Origin: Marsupella aquatica
Lineage: Eukaryota > Plantae > Marchantiophyta
Direction: 5' to 3'
NCBI GenBank assembly: GCA_973895155.1
Contig: OZ316898.1
Span: forward strand, 17,288,752-17,352,751
Length of the DNA stretch: 64,000 nt
Shown here: piece by piece, positions 13,901 to 24,999 of the stretch
Layout of the letters: each line of letters begins with the position of its first letter
How positions within the stretch are numbered: position 1 is the first letter of the stretch
Position numbers and translations under genes: made by a program
The notes under the pieces: generated by a model
Told to the model about the DNA's origin: nothing
Seen by the model: only the letters and a program-made list of their open reading frames with translations
Databases searched by the model: none

Positions 13901-14937
13901 TAGCTTTCCAACATTGAGTCCGACATTGATAAATTTCATGTTAGATTTGTCATGGTACTAAAGAGATCATGAGTTTTTCAATCTCTCTAGCTTTCTAATG
14001 AGTGACATTGGGAGTATTCATCAAGAATTAAAGAGATCGTGGGTATCCAAATTTCTCTAGCTTTCCAATGAGTGTGGCATAATTGAGAGATTTATCAGGA
14101 CACTAAGTACTAAAGAGGTCATGAGTTTCTAAATCTTGATCTTGAGCTTTCCAATGAATCAAACATTGACAGATTTAATCAAGTACTAAGGAGATTGATT
14201 ATTTAGTTTTACAATGTGAAGCCAAATGGGTTCTAACTATGTGCATTCCTATCGATTGGGTTTTTCAAACCTGCAAGTTAACAATGAAAAATGCAAGTAT
14301 TTGTGTGTAAAACACTGATATATCATTGACAAACATCAGAATGACAACTTTATATTACTAAATGACATCTCTTCCTTTGTATTCTGTTTTTCTAATGCTT
14401 AATACTTACGGCATGGCACCCCAAAAATTACATTGCTTTTGCCACAACCATGAATGTGCATTTTTGTTACTGTCAAAAATATGATCTTTCTTGTTTATGG
14501 CTGGTTGTGCTGATGTGGCACAACCTCGTGGCAGAGAATTTGCAAGGGACCTATCATGGGGGTACGTAATTAAAAACCTACCTAGGAAGTTCACACATCT
14601 AAGAGGACTAAGTAACTAACTGCAATGTAAAATACAACATAATGAACAATCAGGGAAGGCTTTCTGCCTTGAGAATCTAAGAGCCAGATGACTGCAATGC
14701 AAAATACAAATAAAAAATCTGGGAGGCCTTTCAGCCTTGAGAATCTGAGAGCCAGATAGTTGCAGCAATGCAAGAAACATATGACAAATCTGGGAGGGTT
14801 TCAAGATCAAGGATAGGTAGTCAGATAGCTGCAATGCAAAATAAGGATGACAAATCTGGAAGGGATTTGTTAAGGATTGCTCTTAGTCTTGTGACTCAAA
14901 GGTTACGGCACTTAGGCTAACCACAGTTAGGGTCTTA

Positions 14938-17900
14938 TGTCACCTGCTTATCAAACGATTTACACGATAAATACGTATTTACTCATACTAAAATCGTTTG
15001 TTATCGTATGACGGGAACGTGGAGGGACGCTATTAGGATTCTATTGCATGTACGATGAGTATGTTTATTTCCGCTCCCGGAAATGTAGTTTTTGATCAAG
15101 TCTATCGACTAGTCCCGTTGCTTTTGATCAAGTCCCATGGACTACGCCACACACACACTCCTACTGGTCGCTGGTGGAGTGCTGTCACCACCCCCCCTAC
15201 TCACATGGTCGACCAATCCGTGCAAGTATTCTTTAGACACTTCTTGGGGAACGAACACAATCGTGAACCCAAAAAAATAACGCCACACCAAAACTTGAGG
15301 AATCAAACCAAATCCATATCTTTTGGCAAAACGTCGTAACACATTGTAAGGACAACCCGGCCTCTTGCCGTCTGCCCAACTACCGCCTCACTGGGGCAAG
15401 TGTTACACCTCTACGTCACTACTCTGGCTTGATTCCCTCTTCTGGCTATGAGCTAACTTCCCTAAGCAAACACTAGACTGAGTTCCCCCCTCACTACTCC
15501 GGGGCTTTCCCCCTAAATACCAAAAAAAACACACCAAAGCACCCCTCACGGGGCCACAACGATGGCGGCTTACCCTAGCCGCGCCGCTAAACCCTTTACT
15601 AAGAAACCCCCAAACTAAAACCATGCGGCACACATGCTTCTAAAACCCTAAACCCTAAACTAACAATGGGGCCGATGGTGCCTTCGACGGTGCCCCAACA
15701 TTACTTCGTGAACCGTGAAATTGCAAGGAACCCCACAATGGCCGAAACTAGGTGCCCTTCCACTTGCACTTCTGAGTTCACCCCTGGATAGCCTTCCTCC
15801 TCCTGATCATGAATCACTCAACCGTTCTTGAAACGGACAACGGACGACCAAGTTATGGTCGTTTTAGTATCCCATAAACCCAACTTCGTCGGGCCCTAAC
15901 TTGCTCATCCTGGCTCCGTTTGAGGAGCGCCGCCCCTTGTTGGAATCAGCACTGCGAGCTCTTTCCAACAAGCCCGTGAGTGACCCCTCACAAAAAATTT
16001 GGAAAGTCAAGGAGCCGTACAACCACGTTCGTACGACCACTCTAATCCTCCTCCTCTTCACTCATGGTGCCCTGGCTTGAGCCCCGTGAGTGGGCCTCCT
16101 CATCACTCTCCACTGGATCTTCTTCTTTACCGGGGTACTCCTTGTGCTAGTGCTCCCCTGCTTCCTCAAATTGGCCAAGGCCTGCCACGCCTTAATGTAC
16201 CCCTCACCAATGGTGTCCTTCCATAAGGCCGCATCTTCACCGGACCGCAACTCCAATGGTAAAACCTGCCCGGTGGCCATGGGAGTCCCAGGGGTGACAG
16301 ATCGGGGTGGCATCCCCGTGTTGACCTGAGCTTCTCGTAAAGATTTACGTACCTCCCTGAGCTTTTTCTCTAAGCTCTTGCTCTTCTCTTGACTCTTCTT
16401 GGCTGCATCCAACAGGGGTCCATACTTCCCACTGACTTCCTTCACCACCATCTCAATGGCCTTGGAGATCAAATCCGGGGAAAGTGTGGAGCTAGGTGTG
16501 TAGGGGCTCTTCCGTTTCCCCAGACTCATGGCCTCACTCCTCTTAGCCCTTGTCTCAAAGATCACCATTTGACTCCGTAGTGCTCCCACCTGGGCTCTTA
16601 ACTCCACCACTTCTCCAGAATTCTGCTTCTCTTTGGCCAATGCCTGTTTCAATACTCCAACCTCTTCCGCTTCCTTGGCCTTGGTGGACAAGGCTCCCTT
16701 CAAGTTGGAGATCTCTACGTGAGCTGCTTGGAGAAGTTTAACCTTCTCATGAATGGCCTCCTTCTTGGCCTTGATCACCTCCTTCATAGACAGGGCACTC
16801 TGCTCCAAAGTCTTTACTCTGGCAGTGGCCTGCTTGAGAGAATCTCTCAATGCGTGGACTAGCTTGAGTCCCTCATGGACTCCCTCCCGGAAATCCCGTA
16901 ACTCTGCCAGGTAAACATCAGGAATGTCGTAGACCAGGGGCTCCTCCGGATTTCCCACAAGTGATTCAAGCCACTCCATTGTGGAGTCCTCATCCTGGTT
17001 TTCTTCCTCTCTATTATCATCCCCAACCGCCGACAATGATCCCTCCATTAGTTTCCCCAAGATGGTAGTGGCAATACTCCTGATTTCCGTGGTAAGGGAT
17101 GATCCAGTGTCTTCCTGTCCCGGGGAAACAATCCACCCTTCTGCTCTGGCTAGCAAAAATGACCCCATCAAATGTACAGCCCCACTTGGTTTCACACTCC
17201 CGGGATCGGCGTCCAATAGCTTCTTCAACCCGTAGTACCACCATCCGTACACATGGGCTGGATAGTTCTTGATGTCCATAGCTACCACGAAATGCTCTCC
17301 ATTCACCACCCCGGATTGCACGTTACCAAGGACCCGTTGATGAACCTTGGCCAGAAATCCCTTGTGCTCAGCATCCTTGACGGCCGAAAGAGGAATGGAA
17401 GTAGTGGAGGTGGGATTAATCACCCAACCGGCCACCATTGTCAATGTGAGCTCTCCCCTTATGTTCCGAGGTGTGAATGAGAATTGCTGGTTTTCCAGAA
17501 ACAGAAGCTTAGCTAACTCCATATGGGGCACTACCCGTTGGAGACATTCAAAGTAGATTCCTTCCGTACGTAACTCTATCCCGGCCCCAATGTTCCAACT
17601 CTTCCCCGAAGGGATTGTAATCTCCACCTTCATGAACTCCGTGAGCCCGGTGGCTTGAAAAATATTCCTACAATCCTCCATCACCTTGGCGGAGGTTTTG
17701 GGATAAATTCGACAAAAAACCTTCCTCATAACCGGTGCTGGACTTGCTGCCGGTCCAGTACTCATCGTAGCGTCTCTCTCTTCTCTCTCTCTTGCAATCA
17801 ATGTCTCAACGTAGTCACGGTAAGCAGCCTTGTATCTCCGAATGCGTGCCGCACTAAACTCCGGTTGATCCAGCATCCATGCATCCAGAAATCAAATCCT

Positions 17901-19240
17901 CAATCACCAAATCCCGTCACCCATAGCAATGTCAATTCCCTGGCCCGAAGTGGCCCCCGTATCCCGATCAATCAATTACTCTCAATTCCCTCAGAAGCCA
18001 CTCCGTGCTTTTGCCGCTAATGCCCGAAAGAATCACGCCACCAAGCCCCACCAATCTACCATGAGAGAGAGAGCTTCAAAAATAATTAGAATGTGGGGAG
18101 AGCTTTCAACAAGGTGTTGGGAGAGAGCTCGAGTTTTGCTTTCGGCAAGGAGAGGATCGTGCAAAAGAGGGAGAAAAGAAGGAAAAAACAAAAAAAAAAA
18201 AAACGCCCCCGACACCTCCTTTCACCTTGCGCCCCGGTGCCTTATTCCCTCCTCGCGGCTACCCCCTCCTTTTCCTTCCTCGCGGCCCTTCTGCGCCTTC
18301 TTCGCGGTTGCCTTGCGGGGCGTGTTTAATGGCGCGCGGCCCTATGCAGGGTGCGTTGCCTTTGGTGCGCCACGGTCCCGGCTTACTTGCGGGGGTCCCG
18401 GCTGCTCCCCTTTAATGGCCCTCCCCAGGCCCCGATGCTCCCTGCCACTCGCGGGTGGCTCCCCGCCTCGCCCGACTCGCCGGGCCATAACCACCTCGGG
18501 CACGCGGCCCTATGCCCTCCTCACTCACGGGAGCCCTAAATGCCCTGGGCACGCAGCCATCTTCCCCCGGCTCGCGGGAGTGCTTTAATTTTGGCGCGTG
18601 GCCCTATGCAGGGCTCGCCTACGAAGCCCTCCTTAAGCGAGAGTTTTAATTAAAACCTCCCCTTATTTTTTTCCTTTTCGGCCTCCTCTTGCGTGCGTCC
18701 GGTTGCCCACTCGCGGGGCTCGACTAAGAGGTCTCCGTTAGAGGGGCTCCTTAAGAGGGGTTTAATCCCCCCCCCACTTCCTTCTCGCCATGCGCCCCGG
18801 CTGCCCTTATGGAGATGCCAGGTGGTGCCCACCGGGGCTGCCCCTTATGGACTTCTTCACTCCCTTTCCTCAATCCCCCTTTACTCCAAAAAACCTTTAA
18901 CCTCTCAAAAGAACTCATTCTCTTCTTTTGGCCCTTGTTGTGGTTATACCCATTTAACCCCAAAAAGAAAAGTTAACCTCTTGGACTTATAGGGGAAACT
19001 TGACAATGGTTCAAGCGAAATGGCAAGGCCACCTTTTTGCCCCCCCCCCCCTTAGGTCGCCGTGACCGTTTAGAACAATTCTAAGAAGAAAATAAAGTAA
19101 AGTCCTCCTAGCAGCACCAACTTGAAAGGATGGAATTAACTCAAAAATTTAAAAAACGGCTTATTTACAGTGGCTATTAACAATGCACAGGCCTCCGCGA
19201 CTAGTTATGTGTGACTTCCCATGACGGGGTACCCGTCACA
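14938..19240 (-). repeat. 3' LTR of the gypsy element, ~4.3 kb
   Basis: On the minus strand it begins TGTGACGGG immediately after the PPT AAGAGAGGAGCTA, the same start as the TSD-bounded 5' LTR remnant, and ends ...GGTGACA at the TSD. Confidence 0.75.
16062..17876 (-). CDS. 604-aa accessory ORF inside the gypsy LTR: globular N-terminus, acidic linker, long coiled coil
   Basis: Uninterrupted 1815-nt ORF; heptad-like E/K/L/A-rich stretch at about aa 320-520; no gag or pol motifs recognised. Confidence 0.75.
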   Translation of the reverse strand: MLDQPEFSAARIRRYKAAYRDYVETLIAREREERDATMSTGPAASPAPVMRKVFCRIYPKTSAKVMEDCRNIFQATGLTEFMKVEITIPSGKSWNIGAGIELRTEGIYFECLQRVVPHMELAKLLFLENQQFSFTPRNIRGELTLTMVAGWVINPTSTTSIPLSAVKDAEHKGFLAKVHQRVLGNVQSGVVNGEHFVVAMDIKNYPAHVYGWWYYGLKKLLDADPGSVKPSGAVHLMGSFLLARAEGWIVSPGQEDTGSSLTTEIRSIATTILGKLMEGSLSAVGDDNREEENQDEDSTMEWLESLVGNPEEPLVYDIPDVYLAELRDFREGVHEGLKLVHALRDSLKQATARVKTLEQSALSMKEVIKAKKEAIHEKVKLLQAAHVEISNLKGALSTKAKEAEEVGVLKQALAKEKQNSGEVVELRAQVGALRSQMVIFETRAKRSEAMSLGKRKSPYTPSSTLSPDLISKAIEMVVKEVSGKYGPLLDAAKKSQEKSKSLEKKLREVRKSLREAQVNTGMPPRSVTPGTPMATGQVLPLELRSGEDAALWKDTIGEGYIKAWQALANLRKQGSTSTRSTPVKKKIQWRVMRRPTHGAQARAP

Positions 19241-22200
19241 TAGCTCCTCTCTTAATTGTGAAGCGCCCCCGCGAGCACCATACTCCTCCTCCGTATAATA
19301 CTTCTTTAGACGTTCTTGATTGATCCGGGTGTTGAGTAGTTGCCCCTCCAACGTCTTGAGTTGAACCAAGCCGTTGGAGTAGACGGCATCCACTACGTAG
19401 GGTCCCATCCAACGTGTATGCAACTTGCCAGGGAAATGCATGAAACGACTATCGTAGAGGAGTACCAAATCTCCCTCCTCCATGGACACACGACGGAGAC
19501 GGGAATCGTAATGTGACTTCCGTTTGCCTTGCTCCTGCTCCGTACGGGTCAAAGCCTCTTCTCGTGTCTCAGTGAGTTGCTCCAACTGTTGGATCCGTGC
19601 AGCTATACTTCTTTCTTCCCCTTCCCTTTCCTAGGTCAAGATTCGAATGGTGGGCACTTCAAATTCCACCGGCACAAGAGAATGTTGCCCAAACACAAGG
19701 AAATAGGGGCTATGGCCAATGGTAGTCTTGTGAGCCAGGTTGTAGGCATAAGTGGCAGCCAACAATTTCAAATCCCAATCTGTCTTGTGAGTTGACACCG
19801 TCTTGTTGAGAATCTTGCCCATGATCCCGTTTGCTCTCTCAGTGAGCCCGTTGGCTCATGGATGGTACGGGGTGGTCTTCCTGTGGGAGACCAAGTAGTT
19901 CTCCGTTAGACGCTCAATTGTATGATTGAGAAAATGAGTACCCCTGTCACTTACCAGCTCCAAGGGTGGGCCAAACCGTGTAAAAATTTGCTCATACAAA
20001 AAATGTGCCGTGGTGTTGGCATCATCTTTTGCAGTCGCTCGGGCCTCCACCCACTTGGTAGCGTAGTCCGTAGCTAGGATGATATACCGTTTCCTTCCCC
20101 TCCGTGTGATGGGAGTGAATGGACCAATGAAGTCCACTCCCCACTTCTCAAATGGGGCAAGAGGAAGTATGGGCACCAATGGGTATCGGGAAGAGGGTCC
20201 TGGTCTGCCTTGGCGTTGGCAGGGGTCACATCTCTGGATGTACCTGTGCACATCCCGGAAAAGAGTGGGCCACCAATATCCCATATCCAGTATCTTCCTA
20301 GCGGTGGTTTCCCGTGCAAAGTGGCCACCAGCTTCTTCCTCATGTAGTGCCGCCATGACTGTACGTATCTCGATCAGCCTCCTCCAAACAACGACAAAGG
20401 CGTCCATCCATCCCGTATTTGTGAAGTACTCCCCTCACAAGCAAGTAGGGCCCCGTCTTACGTAAGAACACTGCTACACGTTCCGGACCCAACCGTAATG
20501 GAATCCTGGCCGTACGAAGAAATTCAAGAATTTCTCCATACCAAGTAGTGGCCTCCGTAGTCACCTTGAAGACTTCTTCATCGGGAAAACGATCATCAAT
20601 CTCTTGAGAGTCAGATGCTTCCTCAATACGGGAGAAGAAGTCAGCATTGCAATGACTCTTCCTGGATCTCACCCTCACCTCATAGTTGAACTCCTGCAAC
20701 AATAGGACCCAACGTGAAATTCTCCCCGACAAGTCTGGCTTGTTGACCATGTACTTCAAACTATTGTGATCCGTGTGGAACACAACCTTGTAACCCAACA
20801 AATACGATACTTCTTACAAGCGTAAATGATACCAAGAGCCTCCCTATCGGTGGGTGAGTAGTTCTTCTCTGCCGGGGCCAACTGCCTACTGGCGAAGTAG
20901 ATGGGATGGTCCCTTCCATCATCATCCAACTGACTCAACACGGCACCGATGCAAAATCCTGATACGTCTACATAAACATGGAACTCCTTATTCCAATTAG
21001 GCGTAATGAGTACGGGAGCCTCTAGCAAACGTTTTTTTAATTCATCAAAAGCAGCTTGTCGGGAAGGAGTAGGTTCAAATTCACTTCCTTTCTTCAACAT
21101 GGATGTGAGTGGCATGGCTACCTTGGCAAAGTCCTTGATGAAGCGTCAATAGTAGCCAACACACCCCAAGAAGCCCCACACCTCCTTCACATTTCTTGGA
21201 AAGGAGACCGCCACCCACACGGCCACCTTCTCACGATCCACCTCAATCCCGCGAGCAGAGACCTTGTGGCCCAATAGGGTCCCCTCCTCAATTCCAAAAA
21301 AACATTTTTCAGGATGTAGCTTCAAGCAAGTCTCTCGGCACCTCTGAAAAGTCAACCGTAAGTGTTCAGGGTGTTTGATTCGTTTGCCGTAGACAGCAAA
21401 GTTGTCAATAAAGATTTCCAAGAACCTCCGCAAAAAATCATGAAATATATTCATCATGAGTCGCTGGAACATGTAAGGGGCATTGCACAACCCAAAAGGC
21501 ATTCTACGGAATGCAAAAATTCCCCACTCCGTGGTGAAAGCCGTCTTGAGTTGATCCTCCTCCCGTATCCAAATTTGATTGTATCCAGAGTAACCATCCA
21601 GGAAGCTGTAAATCTCCCAACCGGCCACCATATCCAACACGATATTAGTAAACGGCAGCGGGTAGTGATCCTTCTTGGTGGCGTCATTCAGCTTCCGAAA
21701 ATCTTGGCACACCCGTATCTTCACCTTACCGTCTGGCCCCTTCTTCTTGGGCACAATCACGATGGGTGATACCCATTCACTATGCATGACCGGATAAATG
21801 AATCCTGCATCTAATAGACGGTCAATCTCCTCCTTCACCATGAGTGAGTACTTGGGGTTGAGACGGTATTGGCGTTGCCTCACAGGCCACGCTCCCGACA
21901 TCAAGTCAATGTTGTGCTCACCAAACTCAGGTGGCACCCCCTTCAAATCTTGGTGGCTCCATGCAAATACATCTTGATACTCCTTTAACAACTCTTGAAT
22001 AGTGCGTTGCTCCGTAGCATCCAGCTTGCTACCAATGTTGAGTGTCTTGCCTTCACCCACCTCCACCTTTGTGTATTGCTCCGGCCTGATCACATCCAGC
22101 TTGTTACGTGTCTCCTCATCAAAGGTCTCCTCCAGCCGTGCTAGTCGCATTCCTCCATACACTGGTGCATCACTATCCTGTTGGTCTTTTGTCACATGGG

Positions 22201-22337
22201 CCATCATTTCTTCCACGTCGGATTCTTTGTAATGTGACAGTAGCTCCTCTCTAAATTCTTCATCTAAGAGGTCATTCAGCCACTCCTCCCTTCGTTCATC
22301 GTCAAACAGAATGGCTTGAGCTTCCTGCCCCTCCTCA
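19205..22337 (-). pseudogene. pol: Gypsy pol (RT, RNase H, integrase) with stops and frameshifts
   Basis: RT: SEWVSPIVIVPKK, FLDGYSGYNQI, MPFGLCNAP, FIDNF (normally DD). RH: DVSGFCIGAVL, NYSPTDREAL, TDH. INT: GYWWPTL, WGVDFIGP, SDRGTHF, WMGPY. Breaks near 21146, 20800, 20400, 19856 and 19631. Confidence 0.92.
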
Positions 22338-22627
22338 TTAACCCCAAAAAGAAAAGTTAACCTCTTGGACTTATAGGGGAAACTTGACAATGGTTCAAGT
22401 GAAATGGCAAGGCCACCTTTTTGCCCCCCCCCCCCCCCTTAGGTCGCCGTGACCGTTTAGAACAATTCTAAGAAGAAAATAAAGTAAAGTCCTCCTGGCA
22501 GCACCAACTTGAAAGGATGGAATTAACTCAAAAATTAAAAAAATGGCTTATTTACAGTGGCTATTAACAATGCACAGGCCTCCGCGACCAGTTATGTGTG
22601 ACTTCCCGTGACGGGGTACCCGTCACA
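22338..22627 (-). repeat. Truncated 5' LTR (first ~290 bp only)
   Basis: Direct repeat of 18954-19240 with about six substitutions and a poly-C length difference; joined directly to pol. Confidence 0.9.
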
Positions 22628-23574
22628 TCTTAGCTGAGGTTAGGTTAGTCGTGTGTGACCTTGTATATACCAAGGCTAGTGTAAGCCGCTGGTGTGGTGG
22701 TGCTTACTCATTGTAACGGAACAACTTGAGGAAGAGGGGGAGCATGTGTGTTCGTCTACTCTTGAAGTAAAGCTTGAGTGTTTGTGTGGACGTAGCCTTA
22801 GAGAAGAGGTGAACCACGTAGAGATTGTGTCGACTACGTGTGCATGAAATGAGTCATGGTTGTATGGTGGTTGCGAAAGACGTCATAGTTCAACAAGATT
22901 GAAGCTTTGAGAATCTCAGAGCCAGATAACTCCACTGCAAAACAAAGATGACAAGTCTAGGGGGTTTAAGACTAGAATGTGAGAGCCAGATAACTGCACT
23001 GCAAAATACAAATGACAAATCTGGGAGGGTTTTCAGATCCAGAATCTGAGAGCCAGGTAACTGCACTGCAAAATACAAATGAAAAATCTGGGAAGGTTTT
23101 AAGCCTTGAGAATCTGAGAGCCAGAGAACGGCATTTCAAAATACAAATGAAAAATCTATAGGGTTGTAATTAAGCTTTGAGAATCTGACAGCCAGATAAC
23201 TGCACTGCAAAATACAAATGACAAATCTGGGAGGGTTTTCAAGCCTTGAGAAGCTGAGAACCAGACAACCATGTTGCAAAAACCCATTATACCCTAAACC
23301 TTAAGCAATGCAGCCCATCCCATGGACCTTACCCTAGGAGTTTCTAGGGTTTGTACCCGATAGGGCATCTCAACTCTCTAAGTCTTGGCTCCGGTCAGAG
23401 TCTCACACAGATTTTCCATAAGTAAAGTGACTCACATGCAGTCAAGTGTCCGACTTGTAAAAGCTTGTCCTATTACTTGTTACAAGGTTCTCAACTCAGT
23501 CCCCAACTCACTCCCCAACTCACTCTTCCCTGCGGGTAAGCACACATCAAAATATGAAAACATATAGTGTGCAC

Positions 23575-23830
23575 TATTGATTTAAGTAAAATAACAAGAT
23601 TTAACATGATATGGAGGCTGGGATGTAATAATTTGTACATGTCACATTTTGATGTGCAGGTAGCACCTGATTTAAGTAAAATAAAACAAGATTTAACATG
23701 ATATGGAGGGATGTAATACATGTCACATTTTGATGTGCAGGTAGCACCTGATTTAAGTAAAATAAAACAAGATTTAACATGATATGGAAGGATGTAATAA
23801 TCTGTACATGTCACATTTTGATGTGCACGT
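23575..23830. repeat. ~80-90 bp tandem repeat x3
   Basis: GATTTAAGTAAAATAAAACAAGATTTAACATGATATGGAGG...GTCACATTTTGATGTGCA is repeated. Confidence 0.85.
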
Positions 23831-24204
23831 ACCACAACCCCTCACTCTTGCTCCCCTCACTCTTGCTCGTTGATCTGTATGTGGCACTTCAGATTTGTGG
23901 CCCCCCTAATTGATTTCATCCAGCTTTTCGCTCTCGTGGGCAGTCTGTACTCTGTAGTACCATCATTAGAAGGCAAGAAACGTCCGTATCCAGGAGTCTG
24001 CCAGTCAATTCGTACGCAGCTCGATCAGTGCTGCATTGATCATTGTCGCGTCGGGTGTTGCTTTCACCGAGTGTCACGGCTCTTTCTTGTTACGCTCTAC
24101 CTGCTCATGCGCTTCTTTCTATGAAGTTTCAATCTACTGCACGTTCGCCCTCCATTAAACAACGCTGCACTTTCAAGTACCGTAACGCTTTCAAGTACCG
24201 TAAC

Positions 24205-24975
24205 GCTTAGAATTATGATGTTTTGCCTGGCATAGATTTCGAGTGTGAGAATTGTGGTCTTTTTTGCCTTGCATAGATTTCTGAGTTCAGGAGTCACGTA
24301 AAGGTTAATGGGTTTCCTGAATTGGTCGCCTGATCAATCGACTTGGATCGTTTCGAGCTAGCTTGATACACCATGCGTTGGGGAGGGCCGCAAGTTTGCA
24401 AATCTTCGCTAATTGGTTTCTTAGAATTATGATGTTTTGCCTGGCATAGATTTCGAGTGTGAGAGTTGTAGTCTTTTGCCTTGCATAGATTTCTGAGTTC
24501 AGGAATCACGTAAAGGTTAATGGGTTTCCTGAATTGGTCGCCTGATCAATCTACTTGGATCGTTTCGAGCTAGCTTGATACACCATGCGTTGGGGAGGGC
24601 CGCAAGAACCTCTTTGCAAATCTTCGCTAATTGGTTTCTTGAATGGGTTCTCAAATAGACGTGGACTTTCTGAGCTTGACGCACCGTTCATTGGGGCCGC
24701 AGGAAGATCTTTCCCAAATCTTGGCGAATTGGTCTCCTGAATGGGTTCCATGATCGACATGGATCTTTCTGAGCTTTCTTTGCAAATCTTCGCTAATTGG
24801 TTTCTTGAATGGGTTCTCAAATGGACATGGATCTTTCTGAGCTTGACGCACCGTTCATTGGGGCCGCAGGAAGATCTTTGCAAATCTTGGCGAATTGGTC
24901 TCCTGAATGGGTTCCAAGATCGACATGGATCTTTCTGAGCTTGACGCACCATCCATTAGGGCCGCAGGAAGTTCT
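24205..24975. repeat. Compound tandem array: ~213-bp duplication followed by shorter units
   Basis: 24207-24420 is repeated at 24420-24640; CAAATCTTCGCTAATTGGTTTCTTGAATGGGTTC / CTTTCTGAGCTTGACGCACC units are repeated to 24975. Confidence 0.85.
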
Positions 24976-24999
24976 TCCGACTTAATCTTCCAAGACACC

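Larger units (their letters stand above)
7425..14552. repeat. Inverted pair of related repeat copies (left arm 7425-10065, right arm 13137-14552)
   Basis: 7425-7700 is the reverse complement of ~14360-14552, and 9340-10065 of ~13137-14345. ORF-track peptides 9836..10018(+) and 13183..13437(-) are nearly identical. Confidence 0.85.
14938..22627 (-). mobile_element. Ty3/gypsy LTR retrotransposon (non-chromovirus, Athila/Tat-like), 5'-deleted
   Basis: Perfect TCTTA TSD (14933-14937, 22628-22632), TG...CA termini, RT-RNaseH-integrase order, PPT at 19241-19253. Gag and protease are absent. Confidence 0.92.
14868..22895. mobile_element. Solo LTR of family A in opposite orientation (14868-14937 + 22633-22895), split by the gypsy insertion
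   Basis: Starts TGTTAAGG, ends TTCAACA; TSD GGATT/AGATT with 1 mismatch; contains the reverse complement of the family A core (GTGGACGTAGCC..GAGGTGAACCACGTA). Confidence 0.85.
14590..23285. repeat. ~69-bp tandem array (14590-14867 and 22896-23285) split by nested LTR insertions
   Basis: Unit GAGAATCTGAGAGCCAGATAACTGCACTGCAAAATACAAATGACAAATCTGGGAGGGTTTTCAAGCCTT occurs on both sides of the insertion. Confidence 0.85.

Noticed and set aside
17929-18588. 219-aa plus-strand ORF in the LTR
   Set aside because: Low-complexity translation of a GC-rich repeat region crossing a poly-A run; probably spurious.
18954-19240. Reading the 290-bp direct repeats as complete short LTRs
   Set aside because: Their inner ends lack CA and a PBS, and the TSD partner lies at 14933-14937 rather than next to 18954.
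22896-24975. Regular repeats superficially like a CRISPR array
   Set aside because: Eukaryotic context, no unique spacers and no cas genes; these are simple tandem repeats.
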